From assembly GCA_026705295.1 (NCBI GenBank), contig JAPPBA010000072.1:1816-65815 (forward strand): DNA of 64,000 nt. Direction: 5' to 3'. The stretch is from Candidatus Palauibacter australiensis. Its GTDB lineage: Bacteria; Gemmatimonadota; Gemmatimonadetes; Palauibacterales; Palauibacteraceae. The position numbers and the translations under genes were made by a program. The notes under the pieces are model-generated. The model had not been told where the DNA came from. It did not search any database and saw only the letters and a program-made list of their open reading frames with translations. Below, piece after piece: positions 37,929 through 46,224 of this stretch (position 1 is its first letter; each line of letters begins with the position of its first letter).

Positions 37929-39281
37929 ATGGCCAGAATACGAACCATCCGAGATCCCCTGTGGGGGAACGTCCGCGTGGAGGGGGACGCGGCCGAGATT
38001 CTCGACGCGCCCCAGTTCCAGCGCCTGCGGCGGGTCAAGCAACTCGGCTTCGCGCACCTCGTGTATCCCGGCGGCGTCCACAACCGCTTCCTGCACGCCC
38101 TCGGCGTCTATCACCTCGTCTCGCGGGCCATCTCCCGCCTGGAGCGCGACGGACACCTCGAGGCGCTGGATGCGGAGGACATGGGCGAACTGCCGGTCGT
38201 TCGTCTCGGCGCCCTCCTCCACGATGTCGGGCACTACGCCTTCTCGCACGCGGTGGAGGAACTCGGTCCGAGCGCCATCCCGGGAGACCATGAGGAGATC
38301 GCGGCGCGCTTCATGGCGGCGGACCCCATCCGACGCGTCCTGGAGCGGCACGGCGCGGATGCCCCAGGCCGCATCGGCGCCCTCATCCGCGGTCAGTCCG
38401 GCCACCCGCTGCAGGGGCTGATCTCGGGATCGCTGGACCTCGACAAGATCGATTATCTCCGGCGCGATTCGCTCTTCTGCGGCGTGCCGTACGGAGCCGT
38501 GGATGTCGACCGTCTCCTCCCCGCGCTCACCCTCGCTCGCGAAGGGGCCGGACATCCGCTCGAACTCGCGGTCAGCGAGAAGGGACTCAGCGCGCTGGAG
38601 ACGCTCCTCTTCTCGAAGTACCAGATGTTCCGCAACGTCTACTGGCACCACGCCGTGCGCGCCGCGACGCTGACCTTCGTGCGCCTCGTCCAGACGGCGC
38701 TCGACAGCGGCCTGCTCGCCTCCGAGGACCTGGCGGGGCCCAGCGACGAGGAACTGCTCGCGCTCATCGGCCGGCGCATCGACCGGTCGTCGGCGGGCGC
38801 GGGCTACGACCGCGCGTCCGCTGTCGGCCGGGCGGCGAAGCTGCTGCGGGCGCTCGTCGACCGGCGCCTTCCGAAGCGGCTCGTGGAGTTGACGGGCGAC
38901 CAGCTTCCCGACGCGTTGTCGTCGTGGCCGTCGCGGCGCCCGGACCTCGTGGCCGCGCTCGAGCGGCGCATGGCCCTCGAGTGGGGGCTCTCCGAGGGCG
39001 CCGTGATGCTCGACTATCCGAGCTACCCCGGCATGCTCGAACTCAACCTGCTCCTCGTGCGGAACGACGGAGAGGTCCGCCGGCTGACCGCGCTGGGCGA
39101 GCGGGGCCTCATCGACATCCCGCGGCTCGGGCGTTCCCTGCACCACTCGGCGCGCGTGCTGCGCATCTTCTCCTTCGAACCTTCCGCACCGCGCGATCCG
39201 AAGCCGGTGCTGGCGCTGATAGAAGCCGCGGAGGAGGAAGTGGAGGCACGGCTCGACTCGAGGCACCCGCTCCTGACCTGA
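37929..39281 (+). CDS. HD-domain phosphohydrolase, dGTP triphosphohydrolase-like
   Basis: HD motif RFLHALGVYHLVSRAI...LHDVGHYAFSHAVEE and a downstream helical domain of dGTPase/SAMHD1-like length (450 aa). Confidence 0.75.
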   Translation: MARIRTIRDPLWGNVRVEGDAAEILDAPQFQRLRRVKQLGFAHLVYPGGVHNRFLHALGVYHLVSRAISRLERDGHLEALDAEDMGELPVVRLGALLHDVGHYAFSHAVEELGPSAIPGDHEEIAARFMAADPIRRVLERHGADAPGRIGALIRGQSGHPLQGLISGSLDLDKIDYLRRDSLFCGVPYGAVDVDRLLPALTLAREGAGHPLELAVSEKGLSALETLLFSKYQMFRNVYWHHAVRAATLTFVRLVQTALDSGLLASEDLAGPSDEELLALIGRRIDRSSAGAGYDRASAVGRAAKLLRALVDRRLPKRLVELTGDQLPDALSSWPSRRPDLVAALERRMALEWGLSEGAVMLDYPSYPGMLELNLLLVRNDGEVRRLTALGERGLIDIPRLGRSLHHSARVLRIFSFEPSAPRDPKPVLALIEAAEEEVEARLDSRHPLLT

Positions 39282-39414
39282 AGGCCGTCCTCGCGGCCTG
39301 AGATACATTTGCGACTCGAAGGCGGCGGGGCCTTTGCGACGGGCTGCCAGGTCGCGCGCGCCCCGGCGCTCGCGGTAGAATCAACGGCCAGACCACCCGC
39401 AAGAGGTTCATCTC

Positions 39415-40413
39415 ATGCCTGGATCGGCGCTGCCGATCGAACCACAGCGAGACATCGCGAGAGCGCGGAAGATCCACTCGCCCGCGCCCGCGTCGAACGG
39501 CGCAGGACTGGCTGCGGATCCGCGCCCGGATGCGCCCCTCGTACGGCTGGACCACCTGGACACACTCTGGTTCCAGGTCACCGGGACGATCTGCAACCTG
39601 CGCTGCATCCACTGCTTCATCAGTTGCGCCCCGGACAACGACAGCTTCGAGTTCCTCTCGCTCGCCGAGGTCGAGGACTGGCTCCGGCGCTCGGAGAAGT
39701 GGGGCGTCAAGGAGTACTACTTCACCGGCGGCGAACCCTTCATGCACCCCGACCTCCCCGCCATGCTGGCACGGACCCTGGAGCGGGGGCCGGCCTCCGT
39801 GCTGACGAACGGGACCCTGCTCCCCGCGCGGGCCCTGAAGCCCATCGCCCGCACCGCCCGCGCGGCGAGCTACTCGCTCGAGATGCGCGTCTCCCTCGAT
39901 GGGCCGTCGCCCGAGACAAACGACCCCATCCGGGGGGACGGCACCTTCGATCGCGCCATGGACGGCGTCCGCAAGCTGCTCGAGGAGGGGTTCCTTCCCA
40001 TCATCACCGCCACGCAGGTGTGGGAACCGGAACGGGACGAGGAGGTGCGGCAGGCGTTCGTCGCCCGGCTTCGGGCGCTCGGCTACGAGAACCCGCGGCT
40101 CAAGATCCTTCCGTCGCTCCGCATCGGACGCGAGGCGGACCGCATACGCCCCTACACGGATGAGGAGCGCGTGACGGAGGCGATGATGGAGGAGTACGAG
40201 GAAAACCAGTTGCTCTGCGCGTCGAGCCGGGTCGTGACGAACCGCGGCATCTACGCGTGTCCCATCCTCATCGAGACGCCGGCGGCGCGCATGGGTTCGA
40301 CGCTGGAGGAAGCCTCCCGCCCGGTGCGGCTCGACGAGTCCGCGTGCTACACGTGCTGGCTGCACGGCGCGATCTGCTCCAACTACGGGGGCATCGGGCA
40401 GGATGTCTCCTGA
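39415..40413 (+). CDS. Radical SAM enzyme with C-terminal Cys-rich SPASM/twitch-like extension
   Basis: CX3CX2C cluster TICNLRCIHCF, SAM-binding YYFTGGEPF, and C-terminal cysteines CASS...YACP...CYTCWLHGAIC. Confidence 0.8.
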   Translation: MPGSALPIEPQRDIARARKIHSPAPASNGAGLAADPRPDAPLVRLDHLDTLWFQVTGTICNLRCIHCFISCAPDNDSFEFLSLAEVEDWLRRSEKWGVKEYYFTGGEPFMHPDLPAMLARTLERGPASVLTNGTLLPARALKPIARTARAASYSLEMRVSLDGPSPETNDPIRGDGTFDRAMDGVRKLLEEGFLPIITATQVWEPERDEEVRQAFVARLRALGYENPRLKILPSLRIGREADRIRPYTDEERVTEAMMEEYEENQLLCASSRVVTNRGIYACPILIETPAARMGSTLEEASRPVRLDESACYTCWLHGAICSNYGGIGQDVS

Positions 40414-41206
40414 GCCGCGCCGGATCGCCGTCTTCGGGGGTGTCTACAGCAACCACCTGGCGCTGGCGGCCGCGATCGAGGACGCCACGGCGCGGGGGGC
40501 GGAAGCGCTCTACTGCCTGGGCGACCTGGGGGCGTTCGGCCCCCACCCGGACCGGGTCTTCCCGCTCCTCGTCGACCACGATATCCGCGTCCTGCGCGGG
40601 AACTACGACGATTCGATCGCGCGCGGCCTCGACGATTGCCAGTGCGGCTACACCGACCCGCGCGACAACCACTTCGCACGGCTCTCGTACCGCTACACGT
40701 TCCGGAACACGCACGAGCGGTGGCGCCGCTGGATGGGCCGCCTCCCCGGAGAGATCCGCCTCAAGGTGAACGGCACGCGGGTGCTCATGTGCCACGGCAG
40801 CCCCCGGCGCATGAACGAATTCCTCTGGGAATCCGCGACCTCGACGCAGTTCCTGACGTGGGTCGCCCGCGAGTACGAGGCGGACATCGTGCTCGCGACC
40901 CATACCGGGATCCCGTGGAAGCGCTCGCTGCCCGGTGTCGGGCTGTTCGCCAACGTCGGCGTGCTGGGCCGGCCCGCGAATGACGGGCGGACGGAGGTGT
41001 GGTATGCACTGCTCGATTTCGGCGCCGACACGGGGGCTCCGCCAAGTCTCGAGTTCGTGTCGGTGGGCTACGATCACGAGCGCCTCGCAGCCGAGATGCG
41101 CGACGAAGAACTGCCGGAGGAGTTCGTGGAGACGATCCTCACGGGTTGGTGGACCACCTGCCTCGAAGTCCTCCCGGCCCGCGAACGCGCTCGCGGCCGG
41201 TTCTGA
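40403..41206 (+). CDS. Calcineurin-like metallophosphoesterase
   Basis: Motifs IAVFGGVYSN...CLGDLGAFG...GNYD...CHGSP...ATHTG consistent with the metallophosphatase fold (YfcE-like). Overlaps the radical SAM gene by 11 nt. Confidence 0.8.
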   Translation: MSPEPRRIAVFGGVYSNHLALAAAIEDATARGAEALYCLGDLGAFGPHPDRVFPLLVDHDIRVLRGNYDDSIARGLDDCQCGYTDPRDNHFARLSYRYTFRNTHERWRRWMGRLPGEIRLKVNGTRVLMCHGSPRRMNEFLWESATSTQFLTWVAREYEADIVLATHTGIPWKRSLPGVGLFANVGVLGRPANDGRTEVWYALLDFGADTGAPPSLEFVSVGYDHERLAAEMRDEELPEEFVETILTGWWTTCLEVLPARERARGRF

Positions 41207-41363
41207 CGCACCGCCCCGCGTCTCGCTCCCCCATTTTGCGGGGTGGCCGGTTCGCGTTTAGCTTCATCGAAGCGTCGGATGGTCCGTGCGCGACGGAGCC
41301 GGAATCGTTGGATCGGGCCGACAGCCTGACCGGGTCGACGTCCCGCAGAGAGAGGAAGTTGCG

Positions 41364-42203
41364 ATGGATCGCGAGGGTTTGTCGCCGAACATCCTTGAAC
41401 GCTACCTCGAGGAGCTGGGTCGCTATCCGCTCCTGAGCCCCAGCGAGGAACGTGAGACCGCCCGCTCGGCTCGCAGCGGCGACACCTCCGCCCTCGACCG
41501 TCTCATCCGCGCGAATCTGCGCTTCGTCATCTCCGTCGCCCGACGTTACCGCAACAAGGGGCTGAGCTTCCTCGACCTCATCCAGGAGGGGAACGTCGGC
41601 CTGGTCATCGCTGCCCGGAAGTTCGACCCGGACCACGGCGTGAAGTTCATCAGCTACGCCGTGTGGTGGATTCGTCAGGCGATCCTGTCCGCCATCGCGA
41701 AGCAGGGCAGGCCCGTGCGCGTGCCTCTCAACCGGGCGACCGAGCTGGCGCGCATGATCCGCGCGCGGGGCGAACTGCGTCAGACCCTCGACCGCGAGCC
41801 CAGCGATCAGGAGCTTGCGGACGAGACGGGGCTGACGATGCCCACGGTCGCGCTGCTGCGGAGGCTGAACGCGCGCGAGGTTCGACTCGACGCGCGGATC
41901 GGGGCCGCCGACGACAGCGACCTCGCCGAGCGGTTTCTCGCGGACGAAACGGACGTCGAGGAAGTCGTCGAACAGCGCATGCTGAAGCGGCACATCGCCG
42001 AGGGTCTGCGCCGCCTGCGGCCCCGCGACGCGCGCGTCGTCCGGCTGTACTACGGACTGCAGGGCGAGGACCCGCACACGCTGGAGCAGATCGGCCGCCT
42101 GCTGGGCGTGACGCGCGAACGCGTCCGGCAGCTTCGGGACCGGGCGCTCCGGGAGTTGCGGGAAGGTCCCGAGGGACAGAGCCTCGCGACCTTCGCGACG
42201 TAG
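41364..42203 (+). CDS. Sigma-70 family RNA polymerase sigma factor (regions 1.2-4; RpoS/group-2-like size)
   Basis: Region 2 FISYAVWWIRQAI, region 3 and region 4 HTH (TLEQIGRLLGVTRERVRQL). Strong RBS GAGAGGAAG before the ATG at 41364. Confidence 0.88.
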   Translation: MDREGLSPNILERYLEELGRYPLLSPSEERETARSARSGDTSALDRLIRANLRFVISVARRYRNKGLSFLDLIQEGNVGLVIAARKFDPDHGVKFISYAVWWIRQAILSAIAKQGRPVRVPLNRATELARMIRARGELRQTLDREPSDQELADETGLTMPTVALLRRLNAREVRLDARIGAADDSDLAERFLADETDVEEVVEQRMLKRHIAEGLRRLRPRDARVVRLYYGLQGEDPHTLEQIGRLLGVTRERVRQLRDRALRELREGPEGQSLATFAT

Positions 42204-42247
42204 AAGCTCGTGGCAAAACGCCGCGCTGCCAGCTTGAGGCGGCGGCG

Positions 42248-43216
42248 CTGAAGCAGGTCGGTCTGTTTCAGCATCCCGACTGCAGCCGGCACGACACGGG
42301 CTGGGGTCACCCGGAGCACCAGGGACGGCTCCGTGCCCTCATGAGCGCGCTCGAGCGGGCGCTGCCCGATCTTCACCAGGATGTCCTCCCCGTCATGCCG
42401 CCTCCGGCGGACGTCGCCGCACTGGAACGGGCCCACACGCCGGGACATGTGGAACGGGTGCGGGCGGTCTGCGACCGGTCCATCGAGAGCGGAGGGATCG
42501 TGCGCATCGATCCCGATACGCCGGTCTCGCCGGGAAGCTGGGACGCCGCCGTCGCGGCGTCCGGGTGCGGAGTCGCGGCGGTGGACGCGGTCCTCGACGG
42601 CATGTGCCGCGCCGCCTTCTGCGCTGTGCGCCCGCCGGGGCATCACGCGACGCCCGACCGGGCCATGGGCTTCTGCCTCTTCAACCACATCGCCGTAGCC
42701 GCGCGGCACGCCTTGGCGCGGCCGGAAGTTGAACGGGTGCTGATCGTGGACTGGGACGTGCACCACGGGAACGGGACCCAGGACATCTTCTACGACGACC
42801 CCTCCGTCTTCTTCCTCTCGATGCACCAGCACCCCCTCTTCCCCGGCACCGGGTCCGCCGCCGAACGGGGACGGGGGGCGGGAGCAGGGACGACGCTGAA
42901 CCTGCCCATGCACGAGGGTCTTCCGCCCGAGCGCTACGTGGAGACCCTGCTCGACGGCGTCGATCGGGCACTGGCCCGCTTCGAGCCCGACCTCACGCTC
43001 ATCTCCGCCGGGTTCGACGCGGGGGCGGAGGATCCGCTGGGAGGTTTCACCCTCACCCCGGCGCACTTCGACACCCTCACGCACGAGATCCTGGGACGGA
43101 CGCGGGCCACAGCCCGAAACCGCGTGGTCTCCTTCCTCGAGGGCGGTTACAATCCCGACGAACTGGGACGCAACGTCGTCTCGCACCTGACGGCCCTGCG
43201 CGACGCGACGGGCTGA
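42248..43216 (+). CDS. Histone deacetylase-family (AcuC/HDAC-like) amidohydrolase; probable non-canonical CTG start
   Basis: HPDCSRHDTGWGHPEHQGRL...IVDWDVHHGNGTQDIFY...GGYN motifs of the arginase/deacetylase fold. There is no ATG/GTG/TTG in frame between the upstream stop and the conserved N-terminal block; the first in-frame candidate is CTG at 42248. Confidence 0.8.
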   Translation: MKQVGLFQHPDCSRHDTGWGHPEHQGRLRALMSALERALPDLHQDVLPVMPPPADVAALERAHTPGHVERVRAVCDRSIESGGIVRIDPDTPVSPGSWDAAVAASGCGVAAVDAVLDGMCRAAFCAVRPPGHHATPDRAMGFCLFNHIAVAARHALARPEVERVLIVDWDVHHGNGTQDIFYDDPSVFFLSMHQHPLFPGTGSAAERGRGAGAGTTLNLPMHEGLPPERYVETLLDGVDRALARFEPDLTLISAGFDAGAEDPLGGFTLTPAHFDTLTHEILGRTRATARNRVVSFLEGGYNPDELGRNVVSHLTALRDATG

Positions 43217-43269
43217 CCGCGACGGGCTGACCGCCCCCGGGGCGCACCCCGCACAACAGGAGCCCGGCC

Positions 43270-44505
43270 TTGCCCGACCTCGATGCCACCTTTCTGGAGA
43301 CCGCTTCCAGCGAGCTCGAACGACAGAAAATCGACGCCTGGCTGCTGTACGACTTCCGGGCCCTCAATCCGCTGGCGGCCCACCTCGTCGGCCTGCCCGA
43401 GGGCCAGAAGCGCCGGTACTTCGTCCTCATCGAGCCGGGGCGGACGCCGCACGCGCTCGTCCAGAAGATCGAGGTGTCCGGATGGGAGGGGTGGCCGCAC
43501 GCGCTCACGAGCTACGTCGGCTGGGATGAAATGGAGACGGCGCTACGCGGGATGCTGCGGGGCATGGATACGGTCGCGATGGAGGTGAGCCCTCGGGACT
43601 CGATCCCGTACGTGGACCACGTCCCCGCCGGCGTTGTGGAACTCGTGGAGGCGCTCGGACCCCGGGTCGTCAGTTCGGTGGAGCTGATCTCCGGGACAGC
43701 GGCCCAGTGGGGCGCGCACGGGCACGCGCTGCACCACGCGGCAGCCGAGATCCTGGCGCGGACGGCGCGGACGGCGTTCGAACTGGCGGCGCGCGCGGCG
43801 GGGCTGACGCCCGAGGCGGATCCCGGGACGGCGGCCGCGTTCGACACGTCCGGCGAGCCGATCCCCGTCACGGAGCACGACCTGGCCGAATGGATCCGGG
43901 CGCGGCTGCGCGCCGAGGGCCTGGCGGAGACGGACACGATCGTCGCGGTGGGCCCCAACGCCGCCAAGCCGCACTACGAACCTCCGGCCGAAGGATCGTC
44001 GGCTCTCGCAGCGGGCCAGGTGTTCATGGTCGACCTGTGGGGGCGCGTGGCGGGGGAACCCGACGCGGTCTTCGCCGACCAGACCTGGATGGGCTTCCTC
44101 GGCCCGGAGCCGCCGGCCGAGGTGACCGCCGGCTGGGACGCGGTCGTCGAGGCCCGCGACGCGGCGGTCGAAGTCATCCGGCAGGACCCGGGCGCCACCG
44201 GTGCGGACGCGGATCGGGCGGCCCGGGAGGCGCTGATCGCGCGCGGCTACGAGGACGCGATCTTCCATCGCACGGGGCACGGGATCGACCGCGAACTCCA
44301 CGGTGTCGGACCCACTCTGGACAGCATCGAGATGCGGGACGACCGGCGACTCGTGGCGGGCGTCGGCTTCTCCGTCGAGCCCGGCGTCTACCTGGAGGGG
44401 CGCTTCGGGCACCGGACGGAAATCGATGTCTACATGCGCGAGGATGGACCGGAAGTGACTCCGTCCCGCATCCAGTACAGTCTCTGGCGGACGGTCGACG
44501 CATGA
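43270..44505 (+). CDS. M24-family metallopeptidase (Xaa-Pro aminopeptidase/dipeptidase-like)
   Basis: Pita-bread fold motifs HRTGHGIDRELHGVGP...VEPGVY...; 411 aa. Confidence 0.85.
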   Translation: MPDLDATFLETASSELERQKIDAWLLYDFRALNPLAAHLVGLPEGQKRRYFVLIEPGRTPHALVQKIEVSGWEGWPHALTSYVGWDEMETALRGMLRGMDTVAMEVSPRDSIPYVDHVPAGVVELVEALGPRVVSSVELISGTAAQWGAHGHALHHAAAEILARTARTAFELAARAAGLTPEADPGTAAAFDTSGEPIPVTEHDLAEWIRARLRAEGLAETDTIVAVGPNAAKPHYEPPAEGSSALAAGQVFMVDLWGRVAGEPDAVFADQTWMGFLGPEPPAEVTAGWDAVVEARDAAVEVIRQDPGATGADADRAAREALIARGYEDAIFHRTGHGIDRELHGVGPTLDSIEMRDDRRLVAGVGFSVEPGVYLEGRFGHRTEIDVYMREDGPEVTPSRIQYSLWRTVDA

Positions 44506-45539
44506 GAATCTCGTGGGAGCCGTTCCACGTCGAGACGGCGTACCCCTTCGGCATCAGCCGCGGCGTGAAGACGGGCGACGACCTGGTGTGGGTGCGGCTG
44601 GAGCACGAGGGGATCGAGGGCTGGGGCGAGGCGGATCCGTCCGGATACTACGGGGAGACGGTGGGCACGGTGGAGGCCGCGCTGAAGAAGCTGGCCCCCC
44701 GCATCGAGGAGGTGGAAGACCCGTTCCGGCTCGAGAACATCGAGCGGGACCTCGCGAGCCTCCTCGGCCGCAACGGGTCGGCCCGCTGCGCCATCTCGTC
44801 GGCGCTCCACGACTGGGTCGGAAAACGGGCCGGGCTTCCGCTCTGGAAGCTCTGGGGTCTGGATCCGGCCGACGCGCCACTCAGTTCGTTCACGATCGGC
44901 ATCGACGCTCCGGAAGTCATGGCGCGGAAGACGCGCGAGGCCGCAGCGTGGCCCATCCTCAAGATCAAGCTCGGGAGCGACGACGACGAAGCGCGGCTGA
45001 GCGCCGTCCGCGGCGCGGCGCCGGACAAGATCCTGCGCGTGGACGCGAATGCAGCCTGGACGTCCGCCGAGGCCATCGAGGGGATCGCGATGTGCGCCGA
45101 GTACGGGGTGGAGTTCGTGGAGCAGCCGCTCCCGCCGACGGAGAACGATGAGCTGGCCTTCGTCCGCTCGCGCGCGGTTCTCCCCATCGTCGTGGACGAG
45201 TCGAGCATCGTGGCGAGCGACATCCCGCGACTCGACGGCCTCGTCGACGGCATCAACATCAAGCTCGCCAAGTGCGGCGGTCCGAGAGAGGCGCTCCGCA
45301 TGATCCACACCGCGCGCGCCTGCGGCCTCTCGGTCATGCTCGGCTGCATGCTCGAGACGAGCCTCGGGATCGCGCCCGCGGCGCACCTGGCCTCGCTCGT
45401 GGACTACGCGGACCTGGATGGCGCCGCGCTCCTCCGTACGGATCCGTTCACGGGCCCGCATCTCGAGCAGGGTCGCATCGTCCTGCCGGACGCTCCGGGG
45501 CTCGGCGTCGAGCGCGCAGCCACGGGGGCGCCCGCCTGA
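44502..45539 (+). CDS. L-Ala-D/L-Glu (dipeptide) epimerase, enolase superfamily (MR/MLE)
   Basis: KIKLG...LRVDANAAWT...EQPL...DESS...KLAKCGG pattern of mandelate racemase/muconate lactonizing enzyme-family dipeptide epimerases. The ATG at 44502 overlaps the M24 stop (ATGA). Confidence 0.8.
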   Translation: MRISWEPFHVETAYPFGISRGVKTGDDLVWVRLEHEGIEGWGEADPSGYYGETVGTVEAALKKLAPRIEEVEDPFRLENIERDLASLLGRNGSARCAISSALHDWVGKRAGLPLWKLWGLDPADAPLSSFTIGIDAPEVMARKTREAAAWPILKIKLGSDDDEARLSAVRGAAPDKILRVDANAAWTSAEAIEGIAMCAEYGVEFVEQPLPPTENDELAFVRSRAVLPIVVDESSIVASDIPRLDGLVDGINIKLAKCGGPREALRMIHTARACGLSVMLGCMLETSLGIAPAAHLASLVDYADLDGAALLRTDPFTGPHLEQGRIVLPDAPGLGVERAATGAPA

Positions 45540-46207
45540 GCCAGCCGAAGCCGGCGGTCAAGATCTGCTGCATCGGGAGTCCCGAGGAGGCCGCGCTCGC
45601 CGCCCGCTGCGGGGCCACGGCGATCGGGCTCGTGTCGGCGATGCCGAGCGGGCCGGGGGTCATCGACGAGGCCATGATCCGCCGCATAGCGGCCGCGGCC
45701 CCGCGCGACGTCGCGACCTTCCTGCTCACGTCGCGGACGGATCCCGAGGAGATCGCGGCCCAGCAGCGCCGGATCCGGGCCGACGCGCTCCAGCTCGTGG
45801 ACCGGCTTGAGTCCGAAGCGCTCCGCAGCCTGCGCCGGCGTCTGCCGGGCGTCTCGCTCGTTCAGGTCGTCCACGTCCGGGGGGAGGACTCGGTGGAGGA
45901 GGCGGTCGCGGTGGCGCCGCTGGTCGATGCGGTTCTGCTCGACTCGGGCAACCCGGACCTCCCCGTGCGGCAACTCGGGGGCACGGGTCGCGTCCACGAC
46001 TGGAGCCACAGCCGCGCCATCGTCGAACGGGCCGGCTGCCCCGTCTACCTCGCGGGCGGCCTCCGTCCAACCAACGTGGCCGCGGCCCTGCGGGCGGTCC
46101 GTCCCTTCGGCGTGGATGTCTGCTCGGGAGTGAGAACGGACGGACGACTCGATGAAGGGCTGCTGCGAGGCTTCATGCGGGCAGCGAGAGGCAGCGAGAA
46201 AGATTAG
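45536..46207 (+). CDS. trpF: Phosphoribosylanthranilate isomerase; probable CTG start overlapping the upstream stop (CTGA)
   Basis: VKICCIGSPEEAALAARCGATAIGLV...VQVVHV...VLLDSG... typical TrpF (PRAI) blocks. No canonical start in frame before the conserved VKICG block except CTG at 45536. Confidence 0.8.
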   Translation: MSQPKPAVKICCIGSPEEAALAARCGATAIGLVSAMPSGPGVIDEAMIRRIAAAAPRDVATFLLTSRTDPEEIAAQQRRIRADALQLVDRLESEALRSLRRRLPGVSLVQVVHVRGEDSVEEAVAVAPLVDAVLLDSGNPDLPVRQLGGTGRVHDWSHSRAIVERAGCPVYLAGGLRPTNVAAALRAVRPFGVDVCSGVRTDGRLDEGLLRGFMRAARGSEKD

Positions 46208-46224
46208 CGCGTCGGGTTGCGCCG

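Noticed and set aside
39309-40163. 284-aa plus-strand ORF overlapping the radical SAM gene
   Set aside because: It is in a different frame from the ORF carrying the CX3CX2C / GGEPF radical SAM motifs and is Arg/Gly/Pro-rich.
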